From positions 1,742,634-1,806,633 of the forward strand of contig CBDETO010000005.1 of assembly GCA_965243065.1 (NCBI GenBank): 64,000 bases of DNA, in the 5' to 3' direction. Positions within the stretch are counted from its first letter, which is position 1, and each line of letters opens with the position of its first letter. Below the pieces are notes generated by a model that was given only the letters and a program-made list of their open reading frames with translations, made no database searches and was not told the origin of the DNA. Shown in pieces: positions 28,131-38,200 of the stretch. This DNA comes from Bdellovibrionales bacterium. Its GTDB lineage: Bacteria; Bdellovibrionota; Bdellovibrionia; Bdellovibrionales; UBA1609. Both the position numbers and the translations under genes were made by a program.

Positions 28131-29261
28131 ATGGAAAAAAAAGGGGGGGGGAGTATATCTCGAAGGGAAAAAGCAATCCAGGTTTCTCCAGAGCAAGAAG
28201 GTTTAAGGTTAGATATTTTCTTATCTCAATATGTCTCCAGTCGTTCGCAGGCAGAAAAAATAATAAAACAAGGAGGGGTGAAGAATATCAGTGCCGGGCC
28301 TTATGAAAGTGTTAAGCCTTCTCATAAGGTAAAGGCAGGAGAGAGCTATCGCTTTGTTTTAGAAGATAAGGGCCAACAGGCGGCCTTAAAACCTTATGAT
28401 TATGATGTTCCTATATTGTATGAGGATGCGCATATACTAGTAATAAATAAGCCCGCGGGTATAGTGATGCACCCGGGAGCCGGGCACGAGCAAGATACTT
28501 TAGTGAACGCTTTATTTGAAAAGGTGTCCTTATCTTCCGGTGTGGATCCCTTGAGACCGGGCCTGGTTCATCGTTTAGATAAAGGGGTCAGTGGTCTTTT
28601 GCTTTTGAGTAAAACGCAAAGAGCCCAGAGTTTTTTAATTGAACAATTTAAGCTTAGAAAAATGAGACGTATTTATCGAGCTTTAGTCCTGGGCGTAGTA
28701 AAAAAGCCGGCTGGTCAGATTGTTAGTTTTATTGGTCGGCACCCTAAAGAAAGAAAAAAGTTTTACTCTTTCGATAAAGAAGTGGCAGGGGCTAAAAAAG
28801 CTCTTACTTACTATCGTGTTTTAGAATCTTTTCAAGATGGTATTCATCATATTCAATGTCGTTTAGAAACAGGTAGGACCCATCAAATACGGGTTCATTT
28901 AAGTAGTAAAGGCTGGCCGATTTTAGGAGATGAAGTCTATGGTTCCTGTCGTCGTCAAAGCAGAGCTTTAGACCGAATCGGTCAGGAATTTTCGTTCTCT
29001 AAACTTCTTTTCCCCTTTGGAGAAAAAAAAAGGAGATCGGAAAATGCAAAGCCTTTGGCTTTAGACCGAATCGGTCAGGAATGTACGCCCTCAAGGATAG
29101 CTCTTTATTCTGCTTTTTTGGAGTTTATCCATCCGGTAGGACAAAAGTTGTTGACCTTTTCCCTTCCCTGGCCGGAGGATTTTCAGCCATTTATGAAAAA
29201 ACTGGGTTTTAGCACTAAAGGGCCTGGTTCTTCCTTCCCTCCGGAAGGCTCTGGTTCATAA
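28131..29261 (+). CDS. rluD: RluA/RluD-family pseudouridine synthase
   Basis: N-terminal S4 domain (RLDIFL), NKPAG, VHRLDK, TGRTHQIRVH and PILGD motifs. Confidence 0.9.
   Translation: MEKKGGGSISRREKAIQVSPEQEGLRLDIFLSQYVSSRSQAEKIIKQGGVKNISAGPYESVKPSHKVKAGESYRFVLEDKGQQAALKPYDYDVPILYEDAHILVINKPAGIVMHPGAGHEQDTLVNALFEKVSLSSGVDPLRPGLVHRLDKGVSGLLLLSKTQRAQSFLIEQFKLRKMRRIYRALVLGVVKKPAGQIVSFIGRHPKERKKFYSFDKEVAGAKKALTYYRVLESFQDGIHHIQCRLETGRTHQIRVHLSSKGWPILGDEVYGSCRRQSRALDRIGQEFSFSKLLFPFGEKKRRSENAKPLALDRIGQECTPSRIALYSAFLEFIHPVGQKLLTFSLPWPEDFQPFMKKLGFSTKGPGSSFPPEGSGS
28969..29063 (+). mobile_element. 95-bp family C element, in frame in rluD
   Basis: TAGACCGAATCGGTCAGGAA start; TA at +94, shared with a second truncated copy. 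Confidence 0.65.
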
Positions 29262-29297
29262 AAAAACTTTATATTTTTTATGAATCAACCGAAAAAA

Positions 29298-29392
29298 TAA
29301 ACTCATCAGGTTTGATTTTTCCTGGCGGGCCTTTTTCTCTCTCAAGGGAAGAAAGGCTATAAAGGGAGGGGATTCCTGACCGGTTCGGTATC
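29298..29392 (-). mobile_element. 95-bp family C element, intergenic
   Basis: Reverse strand reads gataccgaaccggtcaggaat...aaatcaaacctgatgagttta. Confidence 0.6.
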
Positions 29393-29419
29393 TAACTTTT
29401 TTAAAAAGAAGGGAAAAAT

Positions 29420-29887
29420 GTGAAAAAGGCGGCTTGGTTTACTCTTATTTTTGTTTTTTTTATTTTAAATGTCGGTTCTGCTGTCATTTTGTTTTCTGAT
29501 AAGCGGCGGGGGTGGGTGCAAAGCTGGTTTATATCTGAAGAGCAAAAATTATTGTCTGTGGTGCATTCCAGAGACTTAATGTACGATGGAACCCTTATAA
29601 AGGTAGTAAAGTTTCAAACCATAAAAGGTATTGTGTTGGAGTTTTACTCCAGACATCAAAATGGTTATCATGCCTTAGTGACACGGGTGGAGATCCCTAA
29701 TGCTAAAGATGGTTTTTTTGATCATCGTGGACAGGCGGTTCAATTAGCCGTGGTGGACCTGGATGGAGATGGTAAAATGGAGCTTCTCTCTCCTACTTTT
29801 AATGAAAATCTCCAGGCCAGCTTAAATCCTTATCATTATTCTACCGAGGCCAAAGCTTTTATTCCTTTTTTCTTTCCTAAAAATTAG
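29420..29887 (+). CDS. Hypothetical membrane-anchored protein with FG-GAP-like Ca-binding loop
   Basis: N-terminal hydrophobic helix; DLDGDGKMEL motif. Confidence 0.65.
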   Translation: MKKAAWFTLIFVFFILNVGSAVILFSDKRRGWVQSWFISEEQKLLSVVHSRDLMYDGTLIKVVKFQTIKGIVLEFYSRHQNGYHALVTRVEIPNAKDGFFDHRGQAVQLAVVDLDGDGKMELLSPTFNENLQASLNPYHYSTEAKAFIPFFFPKN

Positions 29888-29996
29888 GTCCAGACAGAGC
29901 TGTTTTGCCCATAGAACTGTCCTTTATTTATATAGCAAAGTGGCAAAAATTGACAAAGTTATAAAATAATAGCAAAAGGAAGTGGGATGGCTTTCT

Positions 29997-30605
29997 ATGG
30001 TTTATAAACATCATGTCCCCTCTTTAGATCGTTTGATCCATGAATTAAAAAAATGGCCGGGGGTGGGACCTCGTAGTGCCAATCGTTGGGCAAATTGGTT
30101 GTTAAAAACATCTCAAGTGGAGATTCAACAACTCAGACAAGCTCTAAAAGATATAAAAACCAATATCAAAAAATGCCCTGGGTGTTTTACTTTAACCGAA
30201 GATGAAAAATTATGCTATTTATGTGATTCTCCCTCTCGCAGAAAAGATATTATTTGTATTGTGGAAGAACCTTTTGATATTGCTCATATTGAAGCTTCGG
30301 GTAAATTTAAAGGGCAATACCATGTGTTACACGGGGCCTTATCTCCTTTAAATAATATTAGTCCGGCAGATCTTACTTTTGGTCCTCTCATGGATAAAAT
30401 ACGGCAAGGGCGAATAAAAGAAGTGATTTTAGCTTTAGATGCGGATATGGAAGGCGATATTACAGCTTTGTATATTGGGAAAATGATGAAAAATTGTAAT
30501 GTAAAAGTGTCTCGCCTGGCTCATGGTATTCCCTTTGGCGGAGATATTGATTATATTGATGAACAAACTTTAGGCAGGGCCTTGGAAAATCGAGTGGAGA
30601 TATAA
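29997..30605 (+). CDS. recR: Recombination mediator RecR
   Basis: PGVGPRSA HhH motif, C4 zinc finger, and Toprim motifs YHVLHG and EGDITA. Start 29982 or 29997. Confidence 0.95.
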   Translation: MVYKHHVPSLDRLIHELKKWPGVGPRSANRWANWLLKTSQVEIQQLRQALKDIKTNIKKCPGCFTLTEDEKLCYLCDSPSRRKDIICIVEEPFDIAHIEASGKFKGQYHVLHGALSPLNNISPADLTFGPLMDKIRQGRIKEVILALDADMEGDITALYIGKMMKNCNVKVSRLAHGIPFGGDIDYIDEQTLGRALENRVEI

Positions 30606-30609
30606 AACC

Positions 30610-31200
30610 GTGTCTCTTTTTAATTATAATTCCAAAGAAATTCATTGTAAGGTCATCTATTATGGTCCCGGAGGGGCTGGGAAAACCACCAATATCAAAT
30701 GGATATGCCGAAATACTTTAGATCAGAAGTGGGATGTGTTTTCCATTCCTTTGCAGACAAAACCCAGTACTTTCTTTGATTTTTTGCCTTTGGATATTGG
30801 TTCCATTAGGGGGTTTAAAACGCGGTTTCACCTTTACACCATACCTGGAAATGATTTATTTAAAACTTCTCAAAAACTCTTATTGAAAGGGGTGGATGGC
30901 ATCGTGTTTGTTGTGGATTCACAAAAAGATAAAATGGAAGAAAATGAAAAATCTATGAATCAGCTAAAACAATATTTAAATGAAGAAGGGTTATCTTTAG
31001 AAAAAATCCCTATGGTCATACAGTATAATAAAAGAGACTTACCGGATATTCATTCTATTACACATATTCGTACAGCCTTAAATTATTATAATCATCCTGA
31101 TTTTTCAGCTTGTGCCGAAAAAGGACAAAATGTTTTTGAACCTTTAAAAACTCTTTTAAAGATGGTGCTTACTGTTTTAAAAGGGGGCCGTTTTCAATAA
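30610..31200 (+). CDS. mglA: MglA-family small Ras-like GTPase
   Basis: KVIYYGPGGAGKTTN, FFDFLPL, GFKTRFHLYT.PG, KGVDG and QYNKRDL motifs; follows recR as in Deltaproteobacteria/Bdellovibrionota. Confidence 0.92.
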   Translation: MSLFNYNSKEIHCKVIYYGPGGAGKTTNIKWICRNTLDQKWDVFSIPLQTKPSTFFDFLPLDIGSIRGFKTRFHLYTIPGNDLFKTSQKLLLKGVDGIVFVVDSQKDKMEENEKSMNQLKQYLNEEGLSLEKIPMVIQYNKRDLPDIHSITHIRTALNYYNHPDFSACAEKGQNVFEPLKTLLKMVLTVLKGGRFQ

Positions 31201-31363
31201 TTCTTGAGAAGGGCTTTCAAAAGCGTATAGAAGTGTTTCAATTATAGAATTTTAAGGGAGGAAAATAAAAAAACTTAAAGCGGGTAAAAAAATCTTTAAA
31301 GACTTTAGTCTAGTGACCGATACTTAGTAAAGACTTGGATGTACGACCGGTAACAGATACTTA

Positions 31364-31747
31364 ATGAAGGAAGGACGGGTGCCTATAATGAATTTAAGTA
31401 ATAAAGAAATACAGAAGGTAAAAGCCTGTTCTATTACCTTTTACAATGAGGAAAATATTATAGTTAAAAAAGCGATTATTTCAGAAGTGACGACAAGTGG
31501 GTTTAAGTTAATTCTTAATTATCGTAATTTAGTGCCGGATTCTCTCAAATTTCAATTACACTTAAGTAAGTTGTGGTATAAAAACATTCGTGTATATATA
31601 CCGGATATGGAAATGGATTGGGAAGGAAAAGTGATCGGCACTCAACATCTGGGAAAAGGCCGTTTTGAGGTGAACATAGAGTTTTTTCAGGAAGTTCCTC
31701 ATTATTGGCGAGAGTGTCTATTTGACTTATGGCCTAAACCTATTTGA
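31364..31747 (+). CDS. Hypothetical protein, possibly PilZ-like beta-barrel
   Basis: ISEVTTSGF resembles the PilZ D/NxSxxG strand; 127 aa. Confidence 0.5.
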   Translation: MKEGRVPIMNLSNKEIQKVKACSITFYNEENIIVKKAIISEVTTSGFKLILNYRNLVPDSLKFQLHLSKLWYKNIRVYIPDMEMDWEGKVIGTQHLGKGRFEVNIEFFQEVPHYWRECLFDLWPKPI

Positions 31748-31784
31748 TATTATACCGGTTCGGTCATATATCCGCTTTATTTTG

Positions 31785-33284
31785 TTACGACTCTAGATCT
31801 TTAGAGTCTAAAATCTCTGCTGAGAATGTATTTTGGATCTCCTGGATCAGGTGATGCTCTTGAACCTGGGTTTTTAAATCTGGTTTTTCTTTTAAGGCTT
31901 GTCTGTTTTTTTTCTCTTTGCTTTGTTTTGTGGTTTTCGTAGCTTCTTTTTTTGATGAGGATGTATTAGTCCGGTTGATTCCTGCTTCTGCGAGGATCAG
32001 GTTTTTTGCTTGGTTCTTTTTTTCTCCCGTGGGAACAGGTGTTCCCGTGGGAACAGGTGTTCCCCCGGGAACAGGTGTTCCCACGGGAACATCTGTTCCT
32101 GTGGGGAGAGAGTCTTTGAAAGCTGCGTTTTCCTCATCTGTTTGGGGTAATGTATTTTCTTTGGGAGGATTCATTCCAAAAAGGCTTTCTACATAAGGGG
32201 CTTGGCTCATTTTTAAAAGGAGCATTTCTAAAAAGACTTTTGTGTCTTGAACACGGGTGATTTCCCAAGAACCTTTTAAAGTCATATCTAAAAGGAGATG
32301 GAGATCTTCAGGAGAGACACCCTGAATCCCTTTGGAAAGCTTTAATTTTTCCTCTTGGGATAAAGAAATTAAGTGACGTGTAGAACGAGGGGAAGCTAAT
32401 TTTAATAATAGTAGATTTCTTAATTCTTTAATCAGATTTTGTAAGAATACGGAAGGATCCCCTCCTTTTATATGAAGTTGGTTAAGCACTTTAAGTATTT
32501 GTTGGGGATTTTTTTCTAAAAGCCCTTGAAGACTTTGTGTAAGAAGAGCTTCGTCTGTTAATCCTAAAACTTCACTCACATCTTTAGATGTAAAATGGTT
32601 ATGGCAAAAAGTCATCATTTGATCTAAAAGCCCTTGAGCATCCCTCAAAGAACCCTGTGCCTCTCTTACCAAGGTCCATAGGGCATTATCTTCTGTTTGT
32701 GCTTTTTCTTTCTTGCAGATTTTTTTTAATTGTTCGTAAATTAGGTGGTCAGCGATCTGATGAAATTGTAAAATCTGACATCGGGAAAGTACCGTGGCAG
32801 GAATTTTTCTCATCTCTGTTGTCGCCATGATAAAAAGAGCGTGAGGAGGAGGTTCTTCCAGTGTTTTTAACAAAGCATTGAAAGCACTCACCGATAACAT
32901 GTGCACTTCATCAATGATATATATTTTGTAAGGCCCAGCGGGAAGATAAATAATGGTTTCTTTTAACTGTCTTACAGATTCCACTCCATTATTGCTTGCT
33001 CCATCAATTTCCATAACATCTAAGGAGCAGCTATTGTCTATGTCTTGGCAGACTTTGCATTGATTACAGGGAGTTAAATTTTTTAAATTTGAACAGTTTA
33101 AGCTTTTAGCTAAAATACGGGCGGTGGAAGTTTTTCCTGTCCCGCGCGGACCTGCAAAAATAAGAGCCGGGTGCAGACGTTTATGTTTTAAACTATTTGT
33201 TAAAATCCGTACAACAGAACTTTGACCAACGAGGTCTTCAAAAACCGCAGGTCTCCATTTTCTAGCTAACACTTGATAAGACAA
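31785..33284 (-). CDS. dnaX: DNA polymerase III subunit gamma/tau
   Basis: (M)SYQVLARKWRP, GPRGTGKTS, IDEVHMLS, LLKTLEEPP and SRC motifs. TTG 33284 preceded by GGAGG. Confidence 0.96.
   Translation of the reverse strand: MSYQVLARKWRPAVFEDLVGQSSVVRILTNSLKHKRLHPALIFAGPRGTGKTSTARILAKSLNCSNLKNLTPCNQCKVCQDIDNSCSLDVMEIDGASNNGVESVRQLKETIIYLPAGPYKIYIIDEVHMLSVSAFNALLKTLEEPPPHALFIMATTEMRKIPATVLSRCQILQFHQIADHLIYEQLKKICKKEKAQTEDNALWTLVREAQGSLRDAQGLLDQMMTFCHNHFTSKDVSEVLGLTDEALLTQSLQGLLEKNPQQILKVLNQLHIKGGDPSVFLQNLIKELRNLLLLKLASPRSTRHLISLSQEEKLKLSKGIQGVSPEDLHLLLDMTLKGSWEITRVQDTKVFLEMLLLKMSQAPYVESLFGMNPPKENTLPQTDEENAAFKDSLPTGTDVPVGTPVPGGTPVPTGTPVPTGEKKNQAKNLILAEAGINRTNTSSSKKEATKTTKQSKEKKNRQALKEKPDLKTQVQEHHLIQEIQNTFSAEILDSKDLES
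32025..32105 (-). repeat. 18-bp coding tandem repeat in dnaX (PxGTPV, about 4.5 copies)
   Basis: tcccgtgggaacaggtgt-like units at 32025, 32043, 32061, 32079 and 32097. Confidence 0.85.
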
Positions 33285-33765
33285 TTTATACACCTCCAAA
33301 ATCTGGATTGGTATCATTTATAGCATTTTTTAGAAAGAGAATTAAGTTGATATATTATATTTTTTTAATTTTTTACTCATTATACCGGGTCTTTTTACAT
33401 TTTTAATCCGGTTATAGAGAATTTATAAAAGAAGATTATTCCAAAAGATCAATAATAATATATACCCCCGTGGAGGATTTTTATACTGACCAATAACAAA
33501 AGTGGTTTTATAGTGAAATTAGCGAGGAACCCTGTCCTCGCCCCTACTTCTACACGGGCTGGTTTCGCTAGGATTAACCGGTTAGGTATAAAAACATAAA
33601 AGATATTTATAAGTCACCCCTGCATATACTTATGTAATATGTATATTTTTCTTTGTTTTTTTGGATTAGGTTAATTTTTTTCTAAAAATACTTAAATTTT
33701 TTCTATTAATCTCATTTGTAATGATATAAGTAAGACTTTATTTTTTCTAAGGAGTTTATAAAAAA

Positions 33766-35223
33766 ATGATAAAATTAAAGGTATTCAAAGTAGAGGTTCT
33801 TATCGTTTTACTCTTGTGGAATGTGGGTTGTGAGCAAAAATCTTCTGATGGGGAAAAAGGAAATGACGATCCGTCACCATTAGTTTGTTCTTTTCCGAAT
33901 AGCCTTAAAAAAGCGGTTTCAACGAATTTAAAAAAGGATTGTGAAAATAGCATCCTAAAAGACCTCCATTCCATTAAAAGTTTAACGGTAAGAGAGATCA
34001 ATAAAAGGGAGGGAGACTTATTAACAAAAGCGTACGCATCTTATTTTAAATCATTGGAAGAGTTGGACATATCAAACAACCCCCATCTGCCGGCTTTACC
34101 GGAGTTTGTTTCTTATCTTCCTAACTTAAAAAAATTAAATATTTCAAGAACGGGTATTCGAAGTTTTCCAAAAGAAATATGTCAATTAAAAAACAGTTTA
34201 ACAACATTAATAGCCTCTCATAATAACTATGAAGGTCAAGAAATTCCTCTGGAGGTTTTTTGCTTAAGTAACTTAAAAGTTTTGGACTTTGCTTATAGTT
34301 CTCTTCGTTATATTGATGAGTATATTGGTAAGCTTGCTCTCTTAGAAGAGCTGTATCTCAGCGGCAACTCCTTATTGATAATTCCGAGCATGCTATTTAC
34401 TTTGTCTCATTTAACGGTAGTGGATTTGAGAGATAATAATCTCTACAATGAAGAGTTAAACTCGATACACAGTTGTAAGAGCCTGGAAGAGGGTGAAAGA
34501 GAAAAATGCCAGGAAGATTTATTAGATTCTCTTCAATGTGAAGGATTGTATGAATTGCCCTTTCAAAGAGGAGAGCCTTTAAGGCAAATTTATACAAATT
34601 TGGTAGCTCAGCATGAGGGAGCGATAATGGAACAATGTAAGCAAAACTCCGTATTTGCCTATTGCCCTAGTTTTTTTACAAAGTGCAAAGATTATCCGGA
34701 ATACGATAGGGAACAGTGTATGTTGGATGTGTTTGAAAACCCCAGGGAAGAAGAGAGGCATAGACCCCATAGAGATAGATGTTATATCACTTGGATCGGT
34801 TGGTTCGTTGATTACGATAAATCACCTGAACTTTTAAATAAGACCATCCGGGGTCAAACACTTAGAGAGTTGAGATATTTCGCTAGATATATGAAACAAA
34901 ATAAAAATTTTTATGAATATTGTTTTTCATCATCATGGTGGGATCCTCTTAATTTTAAAACGATGCGTATAGATGCCCCCATTCTTAGAAATTGGGTTGA
35001 TAATGCTCCTCAAAGATATGACGCTCATCCTTTGGAAATATTTCCTAAGGCATTCCGAAAGCCAGGGATAGCCTCTAAGGTGAAAGCCTACATAGAGGAT
35101 GGGGTGTTTAATTTAACTAAAGATCAGTTTTACTGGGTTCCAGAAGACTGCCCTCATTTAGGTCCTAATTTGAAAGAAAAGATAAAAAAAATAGCGGAAG
35201 AAAACGCCACACCGAATATTTAA
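33766..35223 (+). CDS. Leucine-rich-repeat lipoprotein
   Basis: WNVGC lipobox; about 6 LxxLxLxxNxL repeats (LEELDISNN, LKKLNISRT, LEELYLSGNSL, LTVVDLRDNNL); Cys-rich C-terminal half. Confidence 0.85.
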   Translation: MIKLKVFKVEVLIVLLLWNVGCEQKSSDGEKGNDDPSPLVCSFPNSLKKAVSTNLKKDCENSILKDLHSIKSLTVREINKREGDLLTKAYASYFKSLEELDISNNPHLPALPEFVSYLPNLKKLNISRTGIRSFPKEICQLKNSLTTLIASHNNYEGQEIPLEVFCLSNLKVLDFAYSSLRYIDEYIGKLALLEELYLSGNSLLIIPSMLFTLSHLTVVDLRDNNLYNEELNSIHSCKSLEEGEREKCQEDLLDSLQCEGLYELPFQRGEPLRQIYTNLVAQHEGAIMEQCKQNSVFAYCPSFFTKCKDYPEYDREQCMLDVFENPREEERHRPHRDRCYITWIGWFVDYDKSPELLNKTIRGQTLRELRYFARYMKQNKNFYEYCFSSSWWDPLNFKTMRIDAPILRNWVDNAPQRYDAHPLEIFPKAFRKPGIASKVKAYIEDGVFNLTKDQFYWVPEDCPHLGPNLKEKIKKIAEENATPNI

Positions 35224-35250
35224 AAGTAAAAAAAGAAAGAAGAATAAAAT

Positions 35251-38200
35251 ATGATAAAAAGCTGCCTAAAAACCGGGTTAAAGATTTTTCTCTCCGGCTC
35301 TTTAATTTTTATGCCATCCTATGGTTATTCTAATATTGAGACATTGATAAATCGTCTCGAGGCAGAATACAGAAGAACACAAGAAGAATTACCTTTAGAG
35401 TTTAGGCAAGCCAGTCAGGTTCTTCAAGAGATGGGAGAGGCTTTTACGGAAAATCGTTTAGGGGAGTATATAGAGGCTCGACCGGCATTAAAAACCAAGT
35501 TTGATTTACTCTCTCTTTCTAATCAATCTGTGACAGCCTTAGATTACAATGAGCGTCCCGATTTTACTATTCATTTTGATGAGGAGAGAAAAAGCTTTTC
35601 TTCTTATAAAAGAATACTTACGAATATTGATGTGGCTTTTAATTCCGATGGGAAGTTAGTTTTTAAAGGAGTGGTCGTTTCAGAGAGTACAGAACATAAC
35701 TTAAATAAAAGAATCGGCCTTATTCATACATTTGAGGATATAGAAAAAAAAGATGTGGTTGATTGGGATTATGATAAAGAGTTTTTAGTTATTCTCCATA
35801 AAAAAAGAGGTTTTATTTTATATCATATCATGTTTGCTTATGAATTATTAGGGTCCTCTCCTATTCCCTCTATCACTTTGCCGTCCGGTAATGTATTAAA
35901 TTTAAAAAAGGTGAAATTGGAGTTTATAGATCGAACCGTACATCCGCCTGTAAAAGGATCTCATAGTGATGTGGCTATAAACTTAAATGGCAATCCTATG
36001 TTTTCTGCCGGAGATTTACTAATTTCTTATGAGGATTCTGAAAATAAAAAAAGAATAACCCGTGTTTTAGCCCGGTCAAAAGATCTCATACCGGCTATAA
36101 ATAAAAAATATATGATATTAGGCTCTTTAATTAAAGTAAGGAATTTAAAACTAGATGGGGATACCTCTACTAGTGGTTCTGCGTTAGAGCTCTATTTAAA
36201 AGAGATATTAGAAACCATCCTCTCTGCTGTATTAAATAAAAATGCGATTTCTTCTTTTAGTAAATTCAGTGAGTTAATAGAGCTTATGCCCTATTTTTTA
36301 ACCTATAAATATGTGGGTAAAAATGTAGATCGTTTTTCACATACTGAGTGGCTTGAAGATTATCAAAGAATAACAGAATCTGCCCCCCATTTATTTAATG
36401 GCAGATTAAAGGAAGAGGGAAAGATTATTTCATCTGAGGAAATAGTAAAAACTTTAAGGCCCCTTGTAGCTGCTCGTCAAGACAGGCAAAGACATAAATT
36501 ACAGAAATGGTTAAATAACAAACTTGTTAATTTTATTAAAGAACATAAGGTGGATATAGGTGTAATAGCCGCTTCTTGGATCTTAGCCAGTGTGCAGACT
36601 TTTTCTAACCTGTCCTCCTATAAAGGAACGGGGCATTCTACGGGAGATGCGGTTAATAACCTTATTTTTTTAGGAATTGGTTTTTTAGTCATTGTGGGGG
36701 CGGCAGGCCGATTTTTTATTCCTATTTTAAATAAGGCAAAACAAAAAGCCCCTTTACCAGGGGAGTTTAAACTCACTCTTGAGCAAATTATTGAAAAATG
36801 GGGTGCAAGCCACCTGCGTACGCGAGATAGATTAGCGGCTTTTGGTTTTAAAGTAGCCGCTTTATTACTTCCTTTGATTTATAGAGGATTTCAAATTGTA
36901 GGACAGCCTCATTTTCATAAGGCCCTTACTCAAGGGGTTAATCCTTTTGAGAGGGTTCATCCTCAGTCTTATTTAGGCAGAGCGGGGGACATTGAGAGAC
37001 CTATGTTTTTAGGACTGGGTTGGCCTAGGTGGAAAGTTGGGGAGCTTTATGAAAAAAAATCACAGTTGGTGAATTTAGTGAGTGAACAAAAAAAGCGAGT
37101 GGAAAGGTTATCTAGGTTAATGGCTTATTATGCTCTTTCTAATCAAGACTTTGATATTAGAGTGGTGCTCACGGGGCCTTTCGCTCTGGATCAAAGCGTT
37201 GATTATAAAGATCAAAAGCTTATGCTCGATTTTGATTATGTGTCTTATGAACTGAGCAAGTATATTTTAAAACACGGGAGAACAGATTTCACTCGTTCTA
37301 TATTTGAATGGGATGTGACAGAAATAAATGATGATTTTAATCGGAAAGCTTTAGAACTGGCTCAAAAAGTGCAGTCTATATCATGGACTCGGAAAAAAGT
37401 ACGGGAATTAAGAAAGGTAGTAACTCAAAATGTTCAAAAGGGCTTAGCCTGGAATACAGAGGAGGCCAGAGTATTAATGTCTTATTACCCTACCCCGGCG
37501 GCGGCAGACCAGTTTTGGTATGGTTTAATAATAGATCACCTCGCTTTAGTGGGGTTTCCATTAACAAGTGTGACTCCTCGTGGCGATTTTTATACTGGAA
37601 GTCAACATACAGCAGCTATAGAGTCTTATACTCAAAATCGTACTAGTGCCCCTCATCTATATGAAGCAGGTGCAAACATAACTATACATGATGTTATGTC
37701 TGCCAGACAACAACTACAGTTTCTTGTTCTAAAGAAAAACGAAAAGTTAAAACAGTTATTTATAAAGCTGGAAGAATTGTACGCTCCTCTTGAAAAACAT
37801 TTTAACCTAACAAAAAATACACCTGGAGTGTGGCAATATACATTAGATAGTGCGAAATACCCTGGCAACTTCGGAGAAAAAATATATGAAGGAAAAGAAT
37901 TGGAGGAACGTATAGATGCCGGCGGGCTACTTTGGAAATCTATTAAAATAGGAGCTCGATTTTGGTCGGTCTCTATGCCTATTATGATTTTAGGAAGAGA
38001 AATTTTTACACCGGAGTATTCTTTTTACTCTAATGTTGTTGGAACTTTGTACTTTGCGGGGGCCGGTTTTATTATTTTTGGCCTACCTCAAATATGGACT
38101 ATGCATCATCATTTGGTTTTTACAAAAAGAAGCCAGGAAACCAAAGAAATTATAGACGGAATTAAACTAATAGATCATCGGATAGGACAAAAACTTTATG

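Noticed and set aside
33320-33760. SRP RNA (ffs) or tRNA often found upstream of dnaX
   Set aside because: No SRP core (CAGG..GGAA..AGCAG) or tRNA cloverleaf was found by eye; the hairpin present has repeat-type termini.
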